A stretch of 35,983 nt of DNA. Origin: a virus. Where the stretch lies: positions 1 through 35,983 of IMG/VR virus record IMGVR_UViG_3300045988_044847. One strand, written 5' to 3'. Under the pieces are notes generated by a model. The model was not told the origin of the DNA, ran no database searches, and saw nothing but the letters and a program-made list of their open reading frames with translations. Positions 24,981 to 31,759 of this stretch are shown one piece after another (the first letter of the stretch is position 1; the number at the start of each line of letters is the position of its first letter). The position numbers and the translations under genes were made by a program.

Positions 24981-25410
24981 CCTCCAGTTTTTTATAAAAC
25001 ACGCTTACCTTATCCGTACGTTTGAACGCCATGCAATTATTATAACTATCGGCGCACGGGTAAATAGCACAATCCCGGCACGGATTGAACAGCTCAAATT
25101 TGCGGCACTCGGCTACTACTCCGTTGTGTTGGAAACGCTCAAACAGATGGTACTCTCTGTCGGGGCTGAACGGCGGGTATCCCGAAGTGTTCTCCTTAAG
25201 TTCTTCCAGTTCTTCAAAAATAACGTGTTGCCCGTCCTCGCGTGAACACTCGGAGCAATCTATATCCATTGCCTTACACTGCGGATCGCCGTCTATGTTT
25301 GTGAGGAAAGCGCACCCTGTACATAAACCGTTACTCCTCGCGCATTGAACGGTCTTTCCTTCGTCCGTGGTGAATACCTCACCTACTTTATATTCCTTCA
25401 TAACCTTCAT
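24964..25410 (-). CDS. Cysteine-rich protein, 148 aa, 11 Cys (putative metal-binding)
   Basis: Repeated spacing C-x6-C-x2-C (CARSNGLCTGC; CKAMDIDCSEC), then C-x8-C-x2-C-x4-C-x6-C. Confidence 0.65.
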   Translation of the reverse strand: MKVMKEYKVGEVFTTDEGKTVQCARSNGLCTGCAFLTNIDGDPQCKAMDIDCSECSREDGQHVIFEELEELKENTSGYPPFSPDREYHLFERFQHNGVVAECRKFELFNPCRDCAIYPCADSYNNCMAFKRTDKVSVFYKKLEDVTEK

Positions 25411-25886
25411 AACCTTATAAATTTTCCTTCCAGTTCATTACATTCTAATATGTTCGCGTCCTCTTCACCGTACGCGATTAACACGCTACCGCATCCGGGC
25501 GATCCGGCTTCCGTGCCGTCCGGCTTTAGAAACTTGATCCTACCCTTGAGGAACTTAACGGCGGATGCCTTGCCGAACACTTCCGTGTGAAACAATTCCG
25601 TGTCAGTCCTTGAGAAAATTAAAGCCGTTCCGCGGTTGTGCTCCACCATCCGCCGCACAAACTTGGTTATTAACGGGCGTGAATAAGGCGGGTTAAGCCA
25701 TACGCGCCCCTCCCATTTTTGCGCTAGTCCGTCGTCGAACTCGTTATACATCACTTCCGCGGTCTTGAATAGCGGTACACTAGGAGCACACGGGTCTAAA
25801 TCAAATTCGCCTAAACTGTCTATAATGAATTTTGGTGTGTACCACTCGTTAGTGTAGGAAGCGGACCTTATAAAACCTTCACTCAT
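25407..25886 (-). CDS. DNA N6-adenine methyltransferase (phage Dam-like family), 159 aa
   Basis: N-terminal NEWYTP..., FDLDPCA and catalytic motif WLNPPYS. Confidence 0.85.
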   Translation of the reverse strand: MSEGFIRSASYTNEWYTPKFIIDSLGEFDLDPCAPSVPLFKTAEVMYNEFDDGLAQKWEGRVWLNPPYSRPLITKFVRRMVEHNRGTALIFSRTDTELFHTEVFGKASAVKFLKGRIKFLKPDGTEAGSPGCGSVLIAYGEEDANILECNELEGKFIRL

Positions 25887-26044
25887 AAGTCTAATATTGT
25901 TATTATATGGAGTGGTTGGATAGTCACGCTCCCATTACCACTGTTACAAACTACCGCCCGTACATTTCCGTCTACTACTATAAAATCTAATATGATTCCA
26001 GTGTATTCCAGGTGATACCCGTATTTGCATTTTAACTGTTTCAT
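25883..26044 (-). CDS. Small ORF, 53 aa (MKQLKCKYGYHLEYTGIILDFIVVDGNVRAVVCNSGNGSVTIQPLHIITILDL)
   Basis: ATGA overlaps at both ends (26041-26044 and 25883-25886). It fills an otherwise empty 154-nt gap. Confidence 0.45.
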   Translation of the reverse strand: MKQLKCKYGYHLEYTGIILDFIVVDGNVRAVVCNSGNGSVTIQPLHIITILDL

Positions 26045-26754
26045 AATCCCAAATCGCTTTTATACAACATATCGTAAATATCGTCTAGCGTGTATCTCTC
26101 CGGGAAGCATTTAAGGACCTCGGCGATAACGTCCAGTATATCGGGGAACTGTGATTTAATCCCTAACAAGTCCTTCAGGGCTTCCGCCCGGTTAGCGTTG
26201 AACACTTCTTCCTTGTAGACCTCGGCTATTGTGTCAGCCCCTTCAAACACTACGTTGTCTCCTATGTGAAGCTCCCTTCGTGCGTACTCTCTTCGTAATA
26301 TGTTATCTGGTACCTCTGATATTAGATACTGTTGCAGGTTCTCCGGTAATTGCTTGATAGCGTCTCCGATCGCGTATCCCTCGGCGGGCGTGCCGTTCGC
26401 CATTTTCGTAACCACGTCGCAAAACAGGTTGATGCGGTCTACCTTTAGTTTTTTGTTGAAGTCTACCATATCGGTATTAATTAAAATTTTATATTCTAGC
26501 TCCCCAAAAAATTCGTATAAGGTTGCCTTGCTTATCACTTTATCCGCAACGGATTTAGGTATCGGGATTAAAAGCTCTCCCTTTTCATATTCTATCTTTT
26601 CGTCCCCGACGTAAAACGCTCCGGTCGTCTTAATCGTTTCAGCCTTTAGAACCTCGTCAATGAACCGCCCGACAGTATAAGGCTTATCGGTTGTTATCTC
26701 CGCTATTCGTGGGGACATTTCACCGTGTTTCTGAATCTCCTTTTTAGTTATCAT
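26041..26754 (-). CDS. Hypothetical early protein, 237 aa
   Basis: ATG ORF. No recognisable motif. Confidence 0.65.
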   Translation of the reverse strand: MITKKEIQKHGEMSPRIAEITTDKPYTVGRFIDEVLKAETIKTTGAFYVGDEKIEYEKGELLIPIPKSVADKVISKATLYEFFGELEYKILINTDMVDFNKKLKVDRINLFCDVVTKMANGTPAEGYAIGDAIKQLPENLQQYLISEVPDNILRREYARRELHIGDNVVFEGADTIAEVYKEEVFNANRAEALKDLLGIKSQFPDILDVIAEVLKCFPERYTLDDIYDMLYKSDLGL

Positions 26755-26756
26755 AA

Positions 26757-27167
26757 TTAAATATCTCCTTGAATTACAATTAAATCTGAAATGTTCAATG
26801 TCACGGCTTTATATCCTAACTCGTTCGTATATGAGAAATCGGTATTAGCCTTAACTTCTACCATTCCATTAAGTTTGAACGCTAAAAACCAACACGTGTA
26901 AATAGCTCCGTTTTTCTGAAAGGCTAACTCCTTGTTGGGGATCATATCAATAAACGCTGATAAGTTATCATATTCTTCGAATCGACGCGCAAATAGCGTG
27001 GCGCGGTCTGTCATTGCAAGGTGAAAACCCTTGTTATATAGGTGCACGTTAAATTGCTTTTCGTTCTCGAAACTCTTCGTTTCGTTTCCGCACTTCGCTA
27101 TGATCCGCCCGTTTTGGGCTTTTGTTACTTTGAGTAATTGCCCGTTGTTGTTTCTATATACTTCCAT
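26757..27167 (-). CDS. Hypothetical early protein, 136 aa
   Basis: ATG ORF. No recognisable motif. Confidence 0.65.
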   Translation of the reverse strand: MEVYRNNNGQLLKVTKAQNGRIIAKCGNETKSFENEKQFNVHLYNKGFHLAMTDRATLFARRFEEYDNLSAFIDMIPNKELAFQKNGAIYTCWFLAFKLNGMVEVKANTDFSYTNELGYKAVTLNISDLIVIQGDI

Positions 27168-27171
27168 GGTT

Positions 27172-27603
27172 TTACTTATTATTGGTTATTGCTTCCGCCA
27201 TCTTCTTAAGCTCGTTACGTGATACGTTGACCGTGAATTGGTTGCCTGGGCTGAATATCTGCCATACACCCGCCATCTTTGGGAAACGTGCGGTGTGTCC
27301 CGCCGGGTTGTTAAGGTGCACTATCTCGTTGCTGCTTGATGGTTTGTACTCGGCTAGGCTTAATAGCGTCTTAACCGCTGCCTCTGCGTCGCCTAGGTCT
27401 ATATCCATTTCCAGGGAACTAGTTCCGGCTAGCTGTCCGGTGATCTGATACGTTACCGCCTCGCCCTTCGTGACCTCTACGATCTTACACGTTCCAAGAC
27501 GGAAAGACTTAAGCGTCTTTAGGCTCCCGCCTGCGGTTGATACTTGCGCCATCGCGCTAACTGTGATAAACAATACTGCTAAAATACTTACTAACTTTTT
27601 CAT
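27172..27603 (-). CDS. Secreted/periplasmic protein with a type I signal peptide, 143 aa
   Basis: MKKLVSILAVLFITVSAMA|QVST has an n-h-c signal peptide architecture with an AxA cleavage motif. Confidence 0.7.
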   Translation of the reverse strand: MKKLVSILAVLFITVSAMAQVSTAGGSLKTLKSFRLGTCKIVEVTKGEAVTYQITGQLAGTSSLEMDIDLGDAEAAVKTLLSLAEYKPSSSNEIVHLNNPAGHTARFPKMAGVWQIFSPGNQFTVNVSRNELKKMAEAITNNK

Positions 27604-27618
27604 ACTTTTTGGTGTTGT

Positions 27619-27636
27619 GGGCGGTGTGACCCGCCC
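27619..27636 (-). terminator. GC hairpin GGGCGG-6nt-CCGCCC after the small gene (cassette copy 2); terminator or attenuator candidate without a U-tract on the coding strand
   Basis: Perfect 6-bp GC stem. Its flanks are homologous to 28754..28800. Confidence 0.4.
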
Positions 27637-27645
27637 GATTAATTT

Positions 27646-27786
27646 TTATTTGGTTACTACTGTAATGAACTCGCATTTAGCCCATAGGGAAAAATCAGTG
27701 CTACTCATATATTCGGCGTTTCTTGCTTCGATAGCTTTTGCTTCTTGTTCCGTGATCTCCTGTCCGTTTACATAATACTTTTTCAT
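27646..27786 (-). CDS. Small protein, 46 aa (MKKYYVNGQEITEQEAKAIEARNAEYMSSTDFSLWAKCEFITVVTK); start trimmed
   Basis: The track's N-terminal extension covers promoter P4 and its conserved leader. The ATG at 27786 matches the position of the start in the duplicated cassette. Confidence 0.5.
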   Translation of the reverse strand: MKKYYVNGQEITEQEAKAIEARNAEYMSSTDFSLWAKCEFITVVTK

Positions 27787-27824
27787 ATTTCTAATTTTTA
27801 AGTGGTTATTTCCTTTTGACATTT

Positions 27825-27855
27825 CAAAGATACGACTAATCATCAGACCACCAAA
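27825..27855 (-). promoter_or_regulatory. Promoter P4: TTTG-N19-TATCTTTG
   Basis: Minus strand reads TATATTTTGGTGGTCTGATGATTAGTCGTATCTTTGAAATGTCAAAAGGAAATAACCACTTAAAAATTAGAAATATG. It is nearly identical to P3 from -12 to the ATG. Confidence 0.7.
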
Positions 27856-27900
27856 ATATAGGATAAACTATTAACATCAATTCGCACTAACCGCCATGAG

Positions 27901-28221
27901 TTAACGCCCGTTAACATAAAAGTCTATCAAGTCCTTCAAATCGTTGTACTCGTCGGGGTTCGACACTACACGCACATTGAAGTCAAGCGCGGCGATCCGG
28001 TCGAGTATAACACGCTGTATCGGTCTGGGCTTGCAGCCCGTAGACTTGAATTCGACAAAGATAACCGTACCGCCCGGTAACAAGTACATTCGATCCGGCA
28101 AACCGTTAATAAATTGGGATAGCAGTTTAACCGCCATCCCTCCATTATTCTCGACGTACCTAGACATAGTACGTTCGAATACCTTTTCGCTAGTTTCTGT
28201 GGACTTCATCCGTCGGTACAT
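27901..28221 (-). CDS. VRR-NUC domain nuclease, 106 aa
   Basis: GLPDRMYLLPGGTVIFVEFKSTGCKPRPIQ matches the PD...(D/E)xK core and Q of VRR-NUC. Confidence 0.85.
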   Translation of the reverse strand: MYRRMKSTETSEKVFERTMSRYVENNGGMAVKLLSQFINGLPDRMYLLPGGTVIFVEFKSTGCKPRPIQRVILDRIAALDFNVRVVSNPDEYNDLKDLIDFYVNGR

Positions 28222-28462
28222 TAATACGCAAGGTCGCGCCGTTTGCCGCTTTGCACGCCGCCCGCAGTGCTACATAATTTTTCCGTGCTCTTACGGCTTT
28301 ACCCCAAGTAATGTTGCCGCACCCTTTTACGTCTTCCCAAAGATCGTGACACTTATCATATACTTGGAGCTTGTACACTCCCATGAATTGACCGTTAAAA
28401 GACTTATCCGGTGTTATCCGGGTTGCGCCGTCCCTCGATTTTAATTTCTTTTTGTTACTCAT
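28190..28462 (-). CDS. Hypothetical early protein, 90 aa, basic
   Basis: ATG ORF. It overlaps the VRR-NUC start by 32 nt (20 nt if VRR-NUC starts at its second Met). Confidence 0.6.
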   Translation of the reverse strand: MSNKKKLKSRDGATRITPDKSFNGQFMGVYKLQVYDKCHDLWEDVKGCGNITWGKAVRARKNYVALRAACKAANGATLRINVPTDEVHRN

Positions 28463-28469
28463 AATTTTG

Positions 28470-28661
28470 TTATTTTGATATATACATTAAATTAACCCGT
28501 TTTACGGTGTACCCTTCTGCTGTGTAACAGTCGGCGATGTATTGTCGTTCTGCCTCCAAATCGGATACCAGGTACAATCCCGGCTCGTCCGCTACTTCTG
28601 CGTAGTCCCTTACAATAGTTCCCGTTGTGGTTACTATATTAGCTCTCAATATCTGTATCAT
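28470..28661 (-). CDS. Hypothetical early protein, 63 aa
   Basis: ATG ORF. Confidence 0.55.
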   Translation of the reverse strand: MIQILRANIVTTTGTIVRDYAEVADEPGLYLVSDLEAERQYIADCYTAEGYTVKRVNLMYISK

Positions 28662-28666
28662 ATTTT

Positions 28667-28753
28667 TTAAATGTTAGTGGTCGGCTCGCAGCACAACAAA
28701 ATGAATAATACAAATAGGATCGCCCAAAACGTGTAAACTACAAATTGTTTCAT
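28667..28753 (-). CDS. Tiny hydrophobic peptide, 28 aa (MKQFVVYTFWAILFVLFILLCCEPTTNI), signal-peptide-like
   Basis: Its start context (hairpin-AACACTAAAAAGATATG) is homologous to that of the secreted protein 27172..27603. It may be a truncated remnant. Confidence 0.35.
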   Translation of the reverse strand: MKQFVVYTFWAILFVLFILLCCEPTTNI

Positions 28754-28769
28754 ATCTTTTTAGTGTTAT

Positions 28770-28787
28770 GGCGGGTGTTACCCCGCC
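28770..28787 (-). terminator. GC hairpin GGCGGG-6nt-CCCGCC (cassette copy 1)
   Basis: Perfect 6-bp GC stem. Its flanks are homologous to 27604..27645. Confidence 0.4.
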
Positions 28788-28793
28788 GGGTTA

Positions 28794-29018
28794 TTAATTT
28801 TTTAATGATTTGATTTGTCTTTCCAATAAACGCGCCCTACTATCTTCATTATCTGCAAACTCATTTTGCCCTATGGACCTGTAATATTCGGCGTTTTCTT
28901 TAGCGTTTTCAAGTGCTTTTTGTTTTTCCTGGATCATCCGTGACTTTTCGGAATTGTCATTTCTGATTATTACATCCTCTAGAGCGGTTCTTCTTGTTAA
29001 TTCAATAGTTGCTTTCAT
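28794..29018 (-). CDS. Small helical protein, 74 aa (MKATIELTRRTALEDVIIRNDNSEKSRMIQEKQKALENAKENAEYYRS...); start trimmed
   Basis: The ATG at 29018 occupies the same position relative to promoter P3 as the start in the P4 cassette. The upstream part of track ORF 28794..29162 covers a promoter and a terminator-like repeat. Confidence 0.55.
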   Translation of the reverse strand: MKATIELTRRTALEDVIIRNDNSEKSRMIQEKQKALENAKENAEYYRSIGQNEFADNEDSRARLLERQIKSLKN

Positions 29019-29057
29019 ATCTTTAATTTTTAATTGGTTTATTTCCTTTTGACACTT

Positions 29058-29088
29058 CAAAGATACGATATAATTCTGGACTACCAAA
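29058..29088 (-). promoter_or_regulatory. Promoter P3: TTTG-N19-TATCTTTG
   Basis: Minus strand reads AAGTTTTGGTAGTCCAGAATTATATCGTATCTTTGAAGTGTCAAAAGGAAATAAACCAATTAAAAATTAAAGATATG. Confidence 0.7.
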
Positions 29089-29118
29089 ACTTTTCTCAAA
29101 AAACTTTGAGATATTAAC

Positions 29119-29209
29119 AAAAATAAAGTCTCGCGTATCACTACGAAAGCCTTTTTAACCATCTAACTCTTTAAATGGCACTAATTTTAATGGCAAAAAT
29201 TTTAATTCG
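29119..29209 (-). ncRNA. Candidate ~90-nt non-coding transcript or attenuated leader (P2 to terminator-like repeat copy 1)
   Basis: A full-consensus promoter (P2) is followed about 55 nt later by a hairpin plus a T-rich tract (CTTTATTTTTG). The only ORF here would have to read through that hairpin and through promoter P3. Confidence 0.3.
29130..29159. repeat. 30-nt exact repeat CTCGCGTATCACTACGAAAGCCTTTTTAAC, copy 1 (copy 2 at 29284..29313)
   Basis: Exact match seen by eye, 154 nt apart. It forms the 3' part of a terminator-like hairpin on the minus strand. Copy 1 has one stem mismatch from its differing flank. Confidence 0.9.
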
Positions 29210-29215
29210 GTACAA

Positions 29216-29246
29216 CAAAGGTAATACTTTATTTTGATACACCAAA
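29216..29246 (-). promoter_or_regulatory. Promoter P2: TTTG-N19-TACCTTTG
   Basis: Minus strand reads AACATTTGGTGTATCAAAATAAAGTATTACCTTTGTTGTACCGAATTAAAAT. The leader ACCGAATTAAAAT is identical to that of P5. Confidence 0.65.
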
Positions 29247-29275
29247 TGTTTTTGGGTATATTTTATAATAATAAT

Positions 29276-29310
29276 AAAAAAGGCTCGCGTATCACTACGA
29301 AAGCCTTTTT
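29276..29310 (-). terminator. Intrinsic terminator downstream of the primase gene
   Basis: Minus strand reads AAAAAGGCTTTCG-TAGTGATA-CGCGAGCCTTTTTTATTATT. The stem has one internal U-C mismatch, is extended by A-U pairs, and is followed by a T-rich tract. Confidence 0.6.
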
Positions 29311-29367
29311 AACTGAAAAACCACCCTAAAAGTATTAACCTTAAAAATTAGAAAAGAAAGTTTTGCA

Positions 29368-31758
29368 TTACAAAGATAGTAATTTTTTGCTTTCCTTGCT
29401 CCCTTTACGGATATAAATTACTTGTGCGCCGTATAGTTTGGTTCTTTTTAACTTTCCTTTATACCATCCGCCTAACTGTCTCATGGCTGTTGCCAGTTCG
29501 CGCCCCTTCGCGCTTGTATAATCTTCTTTCCGGCGTCCCAGCGCATCCACCCAAAGTTCCATTAAACAAAACTCGTTTTTAACCGTGTCGCCGATCTCGC
29601 CCAAACCGCCCGATAGAAAGTCCGCGCGTTGTTGTTCGGTGCGCTCTTCGTAGTCAGCCGGGAAAAGCCTGTCCACGTAGTTCTCTATAATACCTACTAG
29701 AGGGCTTTCTTCTGTAAATTCTTCGCGTCCCTCGTTGGCGATCGCTTCGGCTTCGTCAGACAAAACAAGGCTTTCGCCCAACATGTACAGTTCCATCGCT
29801 TCCGCCCAAAGTTGGTCTACTGTGTCCTCAAAAGACTTTTCAAACAGCTTGTGTGTGTTCTTGTTGGCGCGTACCTCGATCGGAAAGAAACGGCGGTTTC
29901 CGGTTTTGTCCTTCAAAAACTCGTCGTCATTAGTAGACCCGAAAAATACGCACTGTCTGCGGTGTGTCTTGACGCGGCGGGCGTACGCGCTACGGTACGT
30001 ATCTTCGCGCTTGCTTATGAAGTTCTTCGTGGCTTCCACGTCCGAACGGCGAAGGGCTGACAACTCGGCTAGCTCCACGATCCAAGCGTGTTGTATCGCT
30101 TCGTACGCTTTTTGACCAGATATATCGGTTAGCGAATCATTAAACCAACCTTTTGAAAGGGACTGTATAAGCGTGGACTTTCCCGCGCCCTGTCCTGAAT
30201 ACATAACAAGCGCCGTATCAAATTTACGTCCCGGCTCGTACACTCTAGTAACAGCTGCAACCAACATTTTGCGGAACGCCTCGGACACGTATATACTAGG
30301 CTCTGCGCCCATGTAGTCAACTAAGAAATTATCAATACGTTTCACGCCGTCCCATTTTTGCGCCTCCAGGTACTTCTTGATGGGGTGGAAAGCGTTATCG
30401 CTGCAAACCTTTTCCAGTGCATCGGTTAATTTGCTGTCATTATAAATACCGTGCAAATCCTCTATACGTCCACGGATAATCGCTACTGCTGTGTCGTCCA
30501 GCATATCGCCCTTCTTGATGTCTTTCGAGAAGAACGGTGTCCGGGTGTACACAATCGTATCAAGAAATAAGTCGTATGCTAACAGATCATTTAATAGCGG
30601 ATCGCACTTGAAAGCGTTAACGAAGTTGCGAACGGTACATAATTTATCACCTTTGCGGTCTAAATCCCAAACAAGTTCTTCGGCGGTCTGCGCGTCGCTC
30701 TTAACATCATCCGTGTATTCTTCGAAGTCGGCTAGATCATCGTCCACGGCTACCACATCTTTAACGCACTCTTTATCGGCGCAAATTAGCTTGTTCATCT
30801 CGCGGGTGCTGTCTTCCTTACCCAGATGCCCGAACTTGTGCACACGTACCAAATCATAGGCGTTGTACGCGTGTCCGTCTCCGATCGGGTCGGTTGAGTG
30901 GTGAGAAAAACAAAGTACATCATCATACACTACCAGCCCGGCAGCGCCCGATCCAAGAACGTACGTATAACGTCCGTTTTCCGCTTCTGCGTAAACGTCC
31001 GATAGGTACTTGTCTATTGCTGCCTGTATCGTGTACGAGCGGCAAAACGCGCCTACCAAACCTTCTTTATCGCGGGGGTCTTTCGCCATCGCCTTACTAA
31101 TAACGGCGCGGGTATCACGTTCTACCTCTGAATGGAATGCCCATTTGCGCACGTCGCGCCATTCTTCATTGTCTCCGTACAAACCTATTAGATACTCCGC
31201 GCTGATCGGCTCACCTTCGAACACTTCGAAAAGCCCGGTTTGATCTTTGGAAAGAGATTGCCAGTACATCATACGTTCCGGCTGAAACGTTGTTTTGTCG
31301 AATAAATCGATACCTAACAACTCGGCTACTTTACGCGCCGCGGCTTCGTACATAGTAACGTCTGTAACTTCTTCTTTAAACGGCATGATAAGACGGTAAC
31401 GGCGCGATCCGGGACGGTCTGATCTAGTGGTATAAATAGCTGCCGCCACGCCCGGAAAGCGATCCGCAAAATCGAACGGGAAAAGATCATCGCCAAAGTC
31501 TACGTCTAGCGTAATCATAGAGCGGGACATAACCGCTTTCTTAAGTCTTTGCGAACCGGAAAGCTCGCCAGCCATGAATCCGCCTACGTCCTTCAAAGAC
31601 GATTTGGAGGGCTTGTCCAGTCTATCGAACTCGCGTACAGTTTCGTTAGTAATAACGGGCGTTCCTAGTCTTTCCAAAAACGCTCCCCAAGTCATGCGTA
31701 CGGCTTTCCACTTCAATGAAGCCGAAGAACCTGCAAGCGATAAGGTGTATTTTTCCAT
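29368..31758 (-). CDS. DNA primase/helicase: VirE(VapE)-family P-loop NTPase C-domain with a putative primase-polymerase-like N-domain, 796 aa
   Basis: Walker A is SGQGAGKST. The VirE-type block is HAWIVELAELSALRRSDVEATKNFISKREDTYRSAYARRVKTHRRQCVFFGSTND..GNRRFFPI. The N-terminal ITLDVDFGD (DxD) and SHHSTDP motifs are compatible with an AEP primase. Confidence 0.85.
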   Translation of the reverse strand: MEKYTLSLAGSSASLKWKAVRMTWGAFLERLGTPVITNETVREFDRLDKPSKSSLKDVGGFMAGELSGSQRLKKAVMSRSMITLDVDFGDDLFPFDFADRFPGVAAAIYTTRSDRPGSRRYRLIMPFKEEVTDVTMYEAAARKVAELLGIDLFDKTTFQPERMMYWQSLSKDQTGLFEVFEGEPISAEYLIGLYGDNEEWRDVRKWAFHSEVERDTRAVISKAMAKDPRDKEGLVGAFCRSYTIQAAIDKYLSDVYAEAENGRYTYVLGSGAAGLVVYDDVLCFSHHSTDPIGDGHAYNAYDLVRVHKFGHLGKEDSTREMNKLICADKECVKDVVAVDDDLADFEEYTDDVKSDAQTAEELVWDLDRKGDKLCTVRNFVNAFKCDPLLNDLLAYDLFLDTIVYTRTPFFSKDIKKGDMLDDTAVAIIRGRIEDLHGIYNDSKLTDALEKVCSDNAFHPIKKYLEAQKWDGVKRIDNFLVDYMGAEPSIYVSEAFRKMLVAAVTRVYEPGRKFDTALVMYSGQGAGKSTLIQSLSKGWFNDSLTDISGQKAYEAIQHAWIVELAELSALRRSDVEATKNFISKREDTYRSAYARRVKTHRRQCVFFGSTNDDEFLKDKTGNRRFFPIEVRANKNTHKLFEKSFEDTVDQLWAEAMELYMLGESLVLSDEAEAIANEGREEFTEESPLVGIIENYVDRLFPADYEERTEQQRADFLSGGLGEIGDTVKNEFCLMELWVDALGRRKEDYTSAKGRELATAMRQLGGWYKGKLKRTKLYGAQVIYIRKGSKESKKLLSL

Positions 31759-31759
31759 G

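Noticed and set aside
29019-29162. N-terminal 48 codons of track ORF 28794..29162, and the analogous extensions at 27787..27843, 6166..6321, 21379..21447, 34449..34475, 22905..22970 and 13047..13064.
   Set aside because: These extensions run through promoters, terminator-like hairpins or the preceding gene. Internal ATGs give non-overlapping, homologous or family-typical N-termini. The 29162 start remains a formal alternative because promoter P2 lies upstream of it.
29130-29313. CRISPR-like array suggested by the exact 30-nt repeats.
   Set aside because: There are only two copies, 154 nt apart, and each forms part of a terminator-type hairpin next to a promoter. No further repeats or cas genes are present.
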